Below, piece by piece: positions 49,840 to 60,688 of a DNA stretch of 64,000 bases (position 1 is the first letter of the stretch; every line of letters begins with the position of its first letter). Made by a program: the position numbers and the translations under genes. The DNA lies in contig CAVXAT010000002.1 of assembly GCA_963759805.1 (NCBI GenBank), forward strand, positions 64,001 to 128,000. Reading direction: 5' to 3'. The notes beneath the pieces were generated by a model, which was not told where the DNA came from, did not search any database, and saw only the letters and a program-made list of their open reading frames with translations. The stretch is from an uncultured bacterium (GTDB taxonomy: Bacteria; Babelota; Babeliae; Babelales; RVW-14).

Positions 49840-51518
49840 TTACAATTTACCATACCTTGGCATATTACGAATATATTTATCTAATGAAATCTGAAGATCA
49901 GTGTTTGTTTTAATATCATTCCATGGTGTGTCAAAATTATAAACATGCAAAACATCTTCAATAAACATAAATCTATTACCGGCCATTTCAAGCATTGGAA
50001 ACATGATAGCCAAATCACCCGTCATAGACATAAACGCACCTTCAAACAACAAGTCTTCTCGTTTAATTTTTTTGTACAACCAAGTATAAAATGTTCTTAA
50101 ATGCGATGTAATCCACCTGTAATTTCTATAATCCCGATTTGATATGATATCATCCGGAAATTTTTGGCAAAGGCCACTGACACCCTTAGGAAATCTAATA
50201 TACTGCCCATAGGTAAGCCAAATATTTGGATCATCATAAACTTTATTTAATAAGTCGAGAACATGGTCATGCGCAAGCCAATCATCTCCATCAAGAATTA
50301 TAATTATATCTTTATCGTCACACATATGAATTGCGCGATAAATATTGGCAACAGCCCCAAGTCTCTCTGTATTCTTAATTAACAAAATTTTATTTTCTAA
50401 CTTTCGTTCTTTAATGTACTGTTCAACTAGGTTTCCAGTTCCATCAGGAGAGACATCATCTGTATAAATAACATGATAATTTTTATATTTTTGAGAAATT
50501 ACTGAGTCTAAATTTGACTTATACCACTGCTTATTATTGTAGGAGGCAATGACAAAAACAAAATGTTTATCTTCTTGTGTCTTCTTATTTTTCAATTTTT
50601 CCCACAACGGTCCCTTCTCATTGGCTCTTGGAACAAAAGAGACTTCATATGAGATATTGGACGATTTATTATTCATCCCATAAAACGTATTTATATTAAT
50701 CTTAAACCCTGAATTAAAAATACGTAAAAGCTTATTTTCTAAAAAATCTTTGATAGTCTCATCTTCTTTTAACTTATTTTGAAGAATAAGAGGGGTCAGC
50801 ATTATTGCTTTAGATTTACAAAAACACGCCATACTTAAATTTTTATTGATATGCTGTGACCATGCAGCCTTAAAATCTTTTGTTGGTTTAGAATTCAACC
50901 CACGCAAAAGAGTGTCTAAGATTATTTTTCTTTCATAAACAACCATGTCAACCAACTTGGCAAATGAACCCTTCACAAAATCCTGTATCTTCCAAGACAG
51001 AACATTTTCACCAATCTGTTTTATTTTTTTAGAAAGAATTAAAGAATCTTTTGTAATATTTTCCCCAAGACTCAAACAAAGGCCGAAAACATCAGATTCT
51101 TTGAAAGCACAAGCACAATCTCCAAAATTAACACGCTCTTTTACAATAATGCCATCAACTGTAAGAGCAACATATTTAGTCTTTATGTGCTTTATTAAAA
51201 GAGAACAAAGGACAGACTTTAAATTTGAATTTTTCACGTCTCCTACATACCTAATCATTGCCACACCGAGAAATTCTTGGCTTATATTTTCATAAGCCTT
51301 TTCAAATTTATCATCACTAGCTGAATAAAGAACAAAAATCTTATTGTATCCATTAACATACAACTTAATAGATTCCAGACATGCATACAATTTTATAGGA
51401 CAGTTGTTTGAGATCACAATTATATCGACATCATTTGTTTTTGATTTTTTTCTTGCTCACCGGAGCAATCCACAAAACTCAAAAAAATTATTACCCAAAG
51501 CAAATGAACGCTCTTCAT
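49840..51518 (-). CDS. Two-domain glycosyltransferase (GT-A-like N-domain paralogous to 56499..57440, plus a C-terminal GT2); 5' frameshift near 51450
   Basis: LYACLESIK shared with 56499..57440; C-terminal FVIASYNN, DDVSPDGTG and LDGDDWLA; upstream ATG 51518 encodes MKSVHLLWVIIFLSF out of frame. Confidence 0.75.
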
Positions 51519-51541
51519 AAATCAACTCTCCAAATCCAATA

Positions 51542-52834
51542 TCAATTACTTAACATAAAAACACGATTATAAAGATCAATGTACAAATCTAAGACGCAGC
51601 TTTTTGAAAAATTATTCATAACATGGTTAAACGCTGAATTACCAAACTTACCTCTTAATTCTGTAGACTGAACCAATGTTTTAATCTTTAATGAGATATT
51701 TTCGAATATTTTAGGATCACATAACAGGCCTGATTCATTGTCTTTTATAACCAAGCCGGCAGCTCCGGCATTTTTCGATAAAATAATGGCTTTGTGCATA
51801 AAAGCAGCCTCTAAAATTGTAATAGAAAAAGCTTCTCCAATGCTAGGCAAAATAACAATATCAGAATGAAACATAAGGCTTGGAATATCGTTAACAAAAC
51901 CCAAAAAATGAACAAAATCATTTAAACCTAAATCAGAACAAAGTTTTTTTAACTCTTTATCCCTTGATTGCGTGGAAGCATTTCCCGCTAAAACACATTG
52001 AACTTTAATATTTTCTTTGTAAATAAGGTTATGCAAGGCATGCAAAAGCCCTTCATGATTCTTGCATTTATAAAAATTTGCAACCATAGATACCAAAGGG
52101 GAATCATTTAATTTTATTCCAAAATTTGTCTTGAAAAATAACTCTTTTGACAATGTAGGAACAAAGTTTAAAAATTTATCATCATTACAGATCGGTGGTA
52201 TAAATTCTATAGTTCCTACATCTAGTTTTTCATTTTTTCTTTTTTTATTCAAAATATTACAAATATCAGGACTTGCTAAAACTAATACATCTGCTCCGTT
52301 ATAACATTTAGCAGGTGGAACCTTATAATAATGATACTGCTGAATAACTTTTAAATTCAAAGTTTTCGCAACCTTTTTTGCCACATCAAATTCAAAAGAT
52401 ACCCCATGAGTATGAATAATCTTAATATTTAAATCTTTACAAATTTGATGAGTTGCAAAATAAAACAGATTAAATTTGTCTTTTGCAGAGATATTATCGT
52501 TATATGAAATAACATAATGCGGCAATTTTTCATCCACTAATCGCTGCTGTAAACTAGTCCCTTTCAACACAGCCAGATGCACATTAAACCCTTTTTCCAA
52601 TAAGCCTTTATAAAGGCTTAAAACGTGGTGCTGAACGCCACTTTCAGCAGGATGAAATCTAACAATCAGAACGGCAGGCTTATTCTTGGACAAAATTAAT
52701 TTTTCTTTATGATCAAAATTTATAAATTCAAAATCAGAACTCTTTGCTGGAAGGTCTTTGGCATGAATATTATATGAAAATATTGTTGATTGCAAAAATA
52801 GGAACATCGATATAAAAAGTATATTTCTTTTCAT
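51542..52834 (-). CDS. Glycosyltransferase family 4 with a signal peptide
   Basis: MKRNILFISMFLFLQSTIFS; ILPSIGEAFSITILEA. Confidence 0.88.
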   Translation of the reverse strand: MKRNILFISMFLFLQSTIFSYNIHAKDLPAKSSDFEFINFDHKEKLILSKNKPAVLIVRFHPAESGVQHHVLSLYKGLLEKGFNVHLAVLKGTSLQQRLVDEKLPHYVISYNDNISAKDKFNLFYFATHQICKDLNIKIIHTHGVSFEFDVAKKVAKTLNLKVIQQYHYYKVPPAKCYNGADVLVLASPDICNILNKKRKNEKLDVGTIEFIPPICNDDKFLNFVPTLSKELFFKTNFGIKLNDSPLVSMVANFYKCKNHEGLLHALHNLIYKENIKVQCVLAGNASTQSRDKELKKLCSDLGLNDFVHFLGFVNDIPSLMFHSDIVILPSIGEAFSITILEAAFMHKAIILSKNAGAAGLVIKDNESGLLCDPKIFENISLKIKTLVQSTELRGKFGNSAFNHVMNNFSKSCVLDLYIDLYNRVFMLSN

Positions 52835-53131
52835 TACATACCCTCTAATCACAAAGATTTCGCCTCGTAAATACCCTTTTTTTATTAGCATAAATTTATC
52901 AGTGCAAAAACATTAAGTAAACAATTTTTTATTGAGTTAAATTTGACTTCGTCATGGCTATCACTTATGTATAAACGCCCAAACCAATTTGCAAAATACA
53001 AGTTAATACGCAATTATCATACTTTAATCTTAGTTTATTGCTATTAGCCATATTTCTTTGATAAAAGTAAATCAATGTTGCATTCATTGGTTTAAAGTTT
53101 TTATCAAAAAGGAACTTATGAGGAGAAAAAA

Positions 53132-54157
53132 ATGAAAATTTTACAAATTTTATTACTTAGTGGCTGTTTTATTGCCCAAGTTAACCTATGTAACAATATT
53201 CAGGCACAAGTTAAGTCTGATAAACATGTTATAGGAGCTAGAAAATGTGGATTTTTTTCTGAATTTTTAGGAGTACTTGCACACATTGCATGGTGCGAGG
53301 AAGCTGGAAAAAAACCGGTTGTATTTTGGGATAAAAAATTTGTTTATTATGAACCGGATGGTTGGAATAATATACAAAATGCATGGGAGTACTATTTTGA
53401 GCCTATTTGCAATGCTAAATATGAACCAACTGACATTGTTGATTACAAATTTCAAGCCCCAAATGGATTTTTTTTCCCATGGAGCGATTTTCGTAATATA
53501 GAGATAATGCGACCTCTGGCACACAGTATCATCAAAAAATATATAAAAATAAAGCCCTATGTTTTGGATATAGTGGACGATTTTCATAAAAAAACTATGA
53601 AAAATTGCATCACAATTGGAATCCATTTGAGAGGCACAAACAAAGGAACTGAAGCTAAAACTGAAATAAACCCTGCAAACCTTATTAAAAAGGCACAAGA
53701 GTATGCCTACCTGGCCGCATCAACAGGAAAAAATGTAAAATATTTGGTGGCATCTGATGAACAAAAGTTGATTGATTTTGCAAAAAAAGAATTGACTCGG
53801 CAGAGTGATGATACTGTACATGGAGAAGTTATAAGCTATACAGCAGAAAGATCAAAGGGAACGGAGACAAATTATTATACTTTCTTGGGCACGAAAAAAG
53901 AGAATGGCTTTTTTGCTAAACGAGGCCTGGACGTTTTAGTTGAAGTTTTATTACTTTCACAATGTTCATATTTTGTTCATACGAGATCAAACGTTTCGAC
54001 AGCAGTAATTTTCTTTAATCCGAATTTAATCCATTATCAATTTGATGGATTTGCAAAAATGCAAGAACAAGTCAAAACAAAGCCGACAACAACCAAACCT
54101 GCTGCAACCAAACCAACAACAAAGCCGGCGAATTTAAAAATTAAGAATAAAAAGTAG
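53132..54157 (+). CDS. NodZ-like/GT23 fucosyltransferase with a signal peptide
   Basis: GFFSEF, NAWEYYFEP, IGIHLRGTNK, VASDE and LLLSQC..FVHTRSNVS; lies immediately upstream of fcl-gmd. Confidence 0.7.
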   Translation: MKILQILLLSGCFIAQVNLCNNIQAQVKSDKHVIGARKCGFFSEFLGVLAHIAWCEEAGKKPVVFWDKKFVYYEPDGWNNIQNAWEYYFEPICNAKYEPTDIVDYKFQAPNGFFFPWSDFRNIEIMRPLAHSIIKKYIKIKPYVLDIVDDFHKKTMKNCITIGIHLRGTNKGTEAKTEINPANLIKKAQEYAYLAASTGKNVKYLVASDEQKLIDFAKKELTRQSDDTVHGEVISYTAERSKGTETNYYTFLGTKKENGFFAKRGLDVLVEVLLLSQCSYFVHTRSNVSTAVIFFNPNLIHYQFDGFAKMQEQVKTKPTTTKPAATKPTTKPANLKIKNKK

Positions 54158-54214
54158 ATAAACAATTAGGAGTAATACAAAAAATAGTTGGTAATTATCA
54201 GGGGAGGGGGACTT

Positions 54215-55237
54215 ATGGACATTAGATACATTTACTCAATAATTTTAGGCATCTTCGTATTTACAATTCCAATGTTTGGTGCAATTCCCAAAAACGCTAA
54301 AATTTATGTTTCCGGACACCGTGGCCTTGTGGGGTCTGCACTAGTAAACAAATTACGCACCGATGGATACACAAACATTCTTCTAAGAACATCTAAGGAA
54401 CTTGATTTGCGCAATCAAGCCGCAGTAGAAGCATTTTTCGCCAAAGAACAACCTGAATATGTTTTTCACATTGCTGCAAAAGTCGGCGGAATTAATGCTA
54501 ATTTGCTAGCTCCAGCCGATTTTATACGTGATAACCTACAAATTATCACAAACGTCATAGATTCTGCACAAAAATATGGAACAAAAAAGCTTGTTTACAT
54601 AGGATCTTCCTGTATTTATCCTCGCATTTGTCCACAACCGATCAAGGAAGAATATTTACTGTCCGCATCGCTTGAACCATCTAATGAAGCGTATGCTGTA
54701 GCAAAAATTGCAGGGATCAAATTATGTCAGGCTTTTAATCATCAATATGGAACAACATTCGTTTCATGCATGTTGCCAAATATGTACGGCCCGGGTGATA
54801 ACTTTAATTTAAAAACAAGTCACGTCCTACCCGCAATACTTGTAAAAATTTATCAAGCGAAAAAGGAAGGTCATAAATCGGCTCCCATCTGGGGAACAGG
54901 TAAAGCAATCAGAGAATTTTTGTATAACGACGACCTTGCTGACGCACTCATGTTTTTAATGGAAAATTACAATGACAACGAAATCATAAATATTGGCACA
55001 GGCGAACCTGTTTCAATTCTCGAACTTGCCAACTTAATTAAAAAGGTGGTTGGATATGAGGGTACACTTGTTTTTGATCCAACCAAGCCGGAGGGCACAC
55101 CATGCAAGGTTATGGATGTAACACGCATTCATGCTCTTGGATGGTATGCAAAAAATACGCTTGAAGAAGGCATTCGTAAAACATTAAAGTGGTATGAAGC
55201 TAATCTTGAAGAGGGCATTCGTAAAAACATTAAATAA
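54215..55237 (+). CDS. fcl: GDP-L-fucose synthase with a hydrophobic N-terminal extension
   Basis: GHRGLVGSA, AAKVGGI, GSSCIYP, YAVAK and WGTGKAIREFL. Confidence 0.93.
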   Translation: MDIRYIYSIILGIFVFTIPMFGAIPKNAKIYVSGHRGLVGSALVNKLRTDGYTNILLRTSKELDLRNQAAVEAFFAKEQPEYVFHIAAKVGGINANLLAPADFIRDNLQIITNVIDSAQKYGTKKLVYIGSSCIYPRICPQPIKEEYLLSASLEPSNEAYAVAKIAGIKLCQAFNHQYGTTFVSCMLPNMYGPGDNFNLKTSHVLPAILVKIYQAKKEGHKSAPIWGTGKAIREFLYNDDLADALMFLMENYNDNEIINIGTGEPVSILELANLIKKVVGYEGTLVFDPTKPEGTPCKVMDVTRIHALGWYAKNTLEEGIRKTLKWYEANLEEGIRKNIK

Positions 55238-55264
55238 GGACTTATTTACAATAGGGGGGAGAGG

Positions 55265-56413
55265 ATGATGTTATCTAAATATTATTTATTTTTAGTGTAT
55301 ATTTTAGCATCAATTTTTTTTATAAATACACAGGCATTGGATAATCAAGCAATAGAGCCCAAAAAGGCTCTGATCATTGGAATAACAGGACAAGACGGTA
55401 CTTATCTTTCTGAATTTTTACTGGGCAAAGGATATTGCGTTCATGGCATGGTTCGCAGATCATCGTCAACCAATACAGGAAGGATAGACCATTTATGCCA
55501 AAATCAAGAGCTGCAAGCCAAAAAACTTTTCACCTTGCACTATGGTGACATTACTGATGCCAGTAACGTACTCAGCATAGTTCAAGCAGTTCAGCCTGAT
55601 GAAATATACAATCTTGCAGCTCAAAGCCATGTACAAATATCATTCGAAATGCCAATTTACACTGCGCAAGTTGATGGACTGGGAACATTAAACATTTTAG
55701 AGGCCATTCGATGCGCCGGTTTGACAAAAAAAACAAAATTTTATCAAGCATCAACAAGTGAACTGTTCGGCAAAGTACAGGAGATACCACAAAAGGAAAC
55801 AACCCCATTTTATCCACGTTCTCCATATGCTGCGGCCAAGCTATTCAGTTACTGGATTTCTATAAACTATCGTGAAGCCTATGGCATATTTGCTTGCAAT
55901 GGAATACTGTTTAACCATGAATCACCAATTCGCGGTGAAAACTTTGTTACCAAGAAAATTACACACGCAGCGGTCAGGATAAAATATGGATTGCAAGATG
56001 TTTTATCGTTAGGAAATCTAGATTCCAAGAGAGATTGGGGCCATGCACGAGATTATGTTGAAGCCATGTGGCTTATCTTGCAACAGCCTCAACCTGATGA
56101 TTTTGTCATAGCTACAGGAGAGACGCATTCTGTAAGAGAATTTGTTGATCTTACTTTCAAAGAAATTGGCATTGATATTGAATGGACGGGCCAGGGATTA
56201 GATGAAAAAGGCATTGATAAAAATACCGGCAAAACACTTGTCGTAGTTGATAAAAAATTTTTCCGACCAACAGAAGTTGATTTTTTACTTGGTGATCCAA
56301 CTAAAGCCAAAAATGTACTTGGCTGGAAACCACGCATTACATTTAAAAAACTAGTAAGCGAAATGATAGAAAGCGAATTAAAAGGCATGAACAGTTGGAG
56401 AGCCGCTAAGTAA
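55265..56413 (+). CDS. gmd: GDP-mannose 4,6-dehydratase with a signal-peptide-like extension
   Basis: [37 protein letters not shown] and RDWGHA. Confidence 0.95.
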   Translation: MMLSKYYLFLVYILASIFFINTQALDNQAIEPKKALIIGITGQDGTYLSEFLLGKGYCVHGMVRRSSSTNTGRIDHLCQNQELQAKKLFTLHYGDITDASNVLSIVQAVQPDEIYNLAAQSHVQISFEMPIYTAQVDGLGTLNILEAIRCAGLTKKTKFYQASTSELFGKVQEIPQKETTPFYPRSPYAAAKLFSYWISINYREAYGIFACNGILFNHESPIRGENFVTKKITHAAVRIKYGLQDVLSLGNLDSKRDWGHARDYVEAMWLILQQPQPDDFVIATGETHSVREFVDLTFKEIGIDIEWTGQGLDEKGIDKNTGKTLVVVDKKFFRPTEVDFLLGDPTKAKNVLGWKPRITFKKLVSEMIESELKGMNSWRAAK

Positions 56414-56498
56414 TCAAGCACGCTCACTCTGCGCTTTTTTTGCAACGAATAAATCTTTGTCGCATAAAAAACATATTATATCATTTCCATAATTTACT

Positions 56499-57440
56499 TT
56501 ATCTTAAAATGAATGTCGGTTCGTATGGCATATGAGGTGATTTATTTTCAATTTTATACAAAGGCTTGATATCAATTTTATATCCTCCATTAAATACATC
56601 TAACATTTTATCTGCAGAAAAACCTTCCATATGCAAATTACTGTAATCAGTTTGACTATTTAATGGGATATTAATTATCTTGGATTTTTTAAAACAAAGA
56701 CCTGTCCATTCCAGATTTACTTTTTTAGCCCAAGCACTCTCCAACCTGTTGGGAGAATAATAATTTAACTGACTGAAATTTTCTGCTATATCAGCTTTTC
56801 TATAAACGGTCATATCGACAGTATTTGGATAGCTCCAATCGCCACCTGTTCCGTCTTTAAATTTCCAAGCAATAATCCCATTTTCATATTCTTTAAAATT
56901 GGGCAATCTTGGATTTTTAAATGGAATAGTGTAATTTTCGGTTGTATTTTTGCCTAGCCTTAGATAAAAGCCGTAAGAATCATGTTTTTCGAGAGCATTT
57001 GCGCAAGCGTTCAAGTCAATTCGATCTTTAACAATTATATCATCTACAACAAATGCAATGTACTTGCTTTTGGATTTTTTTAAAAAAATATCAAGAAGTA
57101 GTGGCTTAAAATGCTCCCTCGGCTTATTTGAATCCTGAATATACATTTTAACATTAGGGAAATTTTTATTTACCAATTCATATGCTTTTTTAAATTTTTC
57201 GTCACTTACTCGATAAAGAACAAAAATATTCTGATCCCCTGTTACATAAGATTTTATTGATTCAAGACATGCATATAATTGCAATGGCCGATCATAAGAA
57301 AAAACTATTAAATCTACACTAAGATCAGAATTTACACTCTTTTTTAAACTTTGTTCTTTAGCAATAACAGTATGAAATCCAAATAAAAATACACCAAAGA
57401 CAAAGCAACTTAATACACACAGCTTGCTAGACATACACAT
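56499..57440 (-). CDS. Putative GT-A glycosyltransferase-like protein with a signal peptide
   Basis: IVFSYDRPLQLYACLESI and FVVDD; paralog of the N-domain of 49840..51518. Confidence 0.6.
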   Translation of the reverse strand: MCMSSKLCVLSCFVFGVFLFGFHTVIAKEQSLKKSVNSDLSVDLIVFSYDRPLQLYACLESIKSYVTGDQNIFVLYRVSDEKFKKAYELVNKNFPNVKMYIQDSNKPREHFKPLLLDIFLKKSKSKYIAFVVDDIIVKDRIDLNACANALEKHDSYGFYLRLGKNTTENYTIPFKNPRLPNFKEYENGIIAWKFKDGTGGDWSYPNTVDMTVYRKADIAENFSQLNYYSPNRLESAWAKKVNLEWTGLCFKKSKIINIPLNSQTDYSNLHMEGFSADKMLDVFNGGYKIDIKPLYKIENKSPHMPYEPTFILR

Positions 57441-57492
57441 TCCAACTCGTCAAGAAAATTAATAAGATATTCATTATTCAAATACCACTAAT

Positions 57493-58386
57493 TTATCCAA
57501 GATATGAATGACAAGATACATAATGATACCCTTTATTCTTAAACAATTCCAAATTTTGCAACTTAGTATTAATCCATTTTAGTTTTCTGATTTCACATTG
57601 ATTTGTTCTTAGGAGCGTAAAATTGAAATAAAGTTCATACTCTGAAGCACATGCCCCTTCAACATCGTTTAAATCAATACAATTGCAAAAGGCTTCCCAA
57701 AAACTTATTTTAAATTTTTTTTCTACTATTAAAAACATATCCTCCAAAATACAACGCTGCACAAGCATATGATGTGAAATTCCAGAGTATTCTGAGAATA
57801 CTCTTTTAAATCCGGGTATTAATTTTTGCCCATGATTAAAATATGGAGGATGAAACTCTTTTCCGGGATTGAAAAAACCTGCCCCTGTATTCTTATCACA
57901 AAACATTACAGGATTTAAAAAAATAGTATCTGCATCAAGAAGAAGAATATTTGAAGAGATATTTGGAATAACAAAAGGGGAATAGAGTTTTAATAGTTGC
58001 TGATAAATCCATCCAATTCGATCTAATTTGTAATTTTCGTCTTTAAAAAGTTGCCTAAGTAGATCCTTTTTAGAAAATGGAAATTTTGCCTCATCAAACC
58101 ATTCAGCCTTGGCGGTTAATTTTTCCGGTGAAATAACAATAACACGTCTGATATTTGAAGCGTTTTTCTTGATGCCTTCTATGCACATATCCAGTGTTCT
58201 AGCATCCTTGACTATGCATACAATTACGACGTCAATGGGGTCTTTATTAAATTTGTAAGCAACTTTTTGTATTGGTAAATAAGGGGGATTTTGTGTAAGA
58301 GCTTGAGTTTTATTTTTCGCAAAGCTACTAGCAAAACTAAACAACAAAAACCATATGTATGCAAAAAAAACAGTGTTTTTTTTCAT
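57493..58386 (-). CDS. Nucleotide-diphospho-sugar transferase-like protein (DUF6492-like) with a signal peptide
   Basis: MKKNTVFFAYIWFLLFSFASSFA; GWIYQQLLKL, LDADT, ISHHM and SEYELY. Confidence 0.65.
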   Translation of the reverse strand: MKKNTVFFAYIWFLLFSFASSFAKNKTQALTQNPPYLPIQKVAYKFNKDPIDVVIVCIVKDARTLDMCIEGIKKNASNIRRVIVISPEKLTAKAEWFDEAKFPFSKKDLLRQLFKDENYKLDRIGWIYQQLLKLYSPFVIPNISSNILLLDADTIFLNPVMFCDKNTGAGFFNPGKEFHPPYFNHGQKLIPGFKRVFSEYSGISHHMLVQRCILEDMFLIVEKKFKISFWEAFCNCIDLNDVEGACASEYELYFNFTLLRTNQCEIRKLKWINTKLQNLELFKNKGYHYVSCHSYLG

Positions 58387-59184
58387 CACTCTATCCTTAT
58401 CGAAAAAGACCCCGTCCAAAAAACAATTTATCAATGCCAAAATATTAAGTAAACAAAAATTATAAAATATAACCAAGCAAAAAACATAAAAATCAATATA
58501 TAAATTCTCTTGACTTTTATATTTAAAATCATAAATAATTATCCTATTGATCAAAGAAATTAGAGAAAAGGATATGAGTGAGAAACAAATACTTCCTTAA
58601 ACAATTTGCTATATTTTTTTTAATTCCATTAGCAACACAGTCAATGACAGCAACAAATACAAATAATATGGTAATAAATACCAAATTAATTCAATTTAAT
58701 GAATCAATAGACAATGCATATAATGCATCCATAATTGAGTATGGCAGTGGGTACCTTTTAATTTTTCGACATGACACTGAAAATAAATTATGTGCATGTG
58801 GGTACAAACAACCACAAATTAAAATGGTGTGCCTAAATAAAAATTTCGAACAAGTAACTCCTATTAAAAATGTTGAAATTAAAAAAGCAACCTCAAAAAC
58901 AAATTTGACAGAGAAGCTTATTCCATTTACACCAGAAGATGCACGAATACACTCTTGTCGTAGACAGTTGTTTTTAACTTATAATAGCGATGTTGATGTA
59001 CATCAACATACTACGAAGAGTAAAACTCCATGGAGAAGACAGATGTTTAAAGGGAAATTCGACCCCAAAAAAGCTTACCTTTCAGATATTGAACAAATTC
59101 CATCAAATAATATTCCATTAACACTTGTTGAAAAAAATTGGACCCCATTTGAATATCCTGAAGGATCCGGGGGGCTTTATTATA

Positions 59185-60186
59185 ACGCCAGTTCGATAAT
59201 TAGTTAAGGCTTGGAATTTCAGCAAAAAACCCCACACCTATCGCAGGTTTGTGTTGATGAAAAGAATAGGCTGAAATTGCAGCAAAAACATTCGTGAAAA
59301 AATTTTTAACACATCTATGTCTAGTATGTTCGATTTTAAAGGTATTTTTCAGGATATTGTTAACAGATTCAATGATGTTTCGTTTTTTTAGAAAAAGTTT
59401 TTCAAAAAAGATCATGAGCTTGTTTTTCATACCCTTTTTAAGCTTTGTTATAAGCTTGAGACCACGCCTAAAAAGTTTTTCAAAAAGAGGTTGTGATATA
59501 TAACCACGATCGCCAAAAAGCCAACCCCAAAGATTTTTTGTAACTTTAGAAATAACTGATTCGTTACGGTCATCAGTATTTCCTGGGGTAATCCAAAATG
59601 ACAAAATTTCACCGAAATGATTAATCACAAGATGGAGTTTGAACCCATAAAACCAGCCCATTGATGATTTTCCGCGCTGAGCAATACCCTTAAAAACTTT
59701 GTGTGAGTAAATTCGAAGATTGTGGCACACAACCAATTTTGTGGAATCAATAAAGGCAATACCGCGCATATTTTTACTGTTGCGACTTGCAGCAAATAAT
59801 GCCAATGGCTCTGCAGCCTCATGCATTAACTCAGTAAAGCGAGTGTAGCTAACCAAAGCCCCAAAGGCTGTTTTCAATTCTTTGCAAACATGGTCTTTGT
59901 AATATCTTTTGAATGTGTGATATCCAGAATAATGAAAATATACGCAAATCGTAAGAATATCGCTTAGAGTCATGCCTCGTGGGCGTCCTGCAGCATTTAA
60001 CGTGTTATTCTTTACTCTCTTTTCTTTAACATATTTTTCATATTGCTTGCAAAAATCATCAATTTCGCAAAAAATAGTTGTTAAGAACATGTTTAGCCTT
60101 TCTCTTTTTTTTTGAGGGTTTCATTTTTCTCAATTTAAACGAGAAAGGCTTTTTTTAAAGAACTTTTTTAATTATCGAACTGGCGT
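59185..60186 (-). mobile_element. IS982-family insertion sequence (1002 bp)
   Basis: Perfect 18-bp inverted repeats ACGCCAGTTCGATAATTA; 7-bp target duplication TATTATA at 59178-59184 and 60187-60193. Confidence 0.93.
59200..60090 (-). CDS. IS982-family DDE transposase
   Basis: IDDFC, SYTRF, FIDST, GWFYGFKLHL, GDRGYIS and R.IIESVN..LK...IEHTRHR. Confidence 0.93.
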   Translation of the reverse strand: MFLTTIFCEIDDFCKQYEKYVKEKRVKNNTLNAAGRPRGMTLSDILTICVYFHYSGYHTFKRYYKDHVCKELKTAFGALVSYTRFTELMHEAAEPLALFAASRNSKNMRGIAFIDSTKLVVCHNLRIYSHKVFKGIAQRGKSSMGWFYGFKLHLVINHFGEILSFWITPGNTDDRNESVISKVTKNLWGWLFGDRGYISQPLFEKLFRRGLKLITKLKKGMKNKLMIFFEKLFLKKRNIIESVNNILKNTFKIEHTRHRCVKNFFTNVFAAISAYSFHQHKPAIGVGFFAEIPSLN

Positions 60187-60688
60187 TATTATATATACAT
60201 GACATGCCCTCATATAATTATAGATCTATCTAAATCATGTAAAATAATAAAAAATGAATTAAATTTAAAAACTTTATGGGACAGTGAAATATTTGGAAAC
60301 ATTAGAGGTGGAACACCAGCTCGGTTGGTTGATGGAGTTTATCTCACATTTTTTCATTCATGGAAATTTCATACAAAAACAAAAGAATATCGATACTTCA
60401 TGGGAGCATATATTTTTGAAGCAGCCCCACCATTCAAAATTCTCGCTATTACGCCAGAACCAATTAAAAATGACGAATTATGTACAGCCAAACACAGAGT
60501 TAAAAATTTACATGTTATATTTCCTGGTGGATTTGTTGTAGAAAAGAAAGATAGGCAAACTTTATTGCATGTTGCTTGTGGAGAAAATGATTCATCAATT
60601 CGCATCATTTCAATAGATAAAGATAAATTGTGGGAAAATATGAAAAAATGTTTTTCATAAAAGTATATTATTTAAAAAAAGGGTAAAA

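Larger units (their letters stand above)
58578..60660 (+). pseudogene. Beta-propeller glycosidase-like protein interrupted by IS982
   Basis: Removing the IS and one target duplicate joins 59184 to 60194 in frame (GGLYY-IY-MTCPH), giving 357 aa with NASII, EDARI, EKNWTPF and RGGTPA. Confidence 0.8.

Noticed and set aside
54070..54135. TKPTTTKPAATKPTTKPA tail on the NodZ-like protein
   Set aside because: Short low-complexity tail; no function can be supported.
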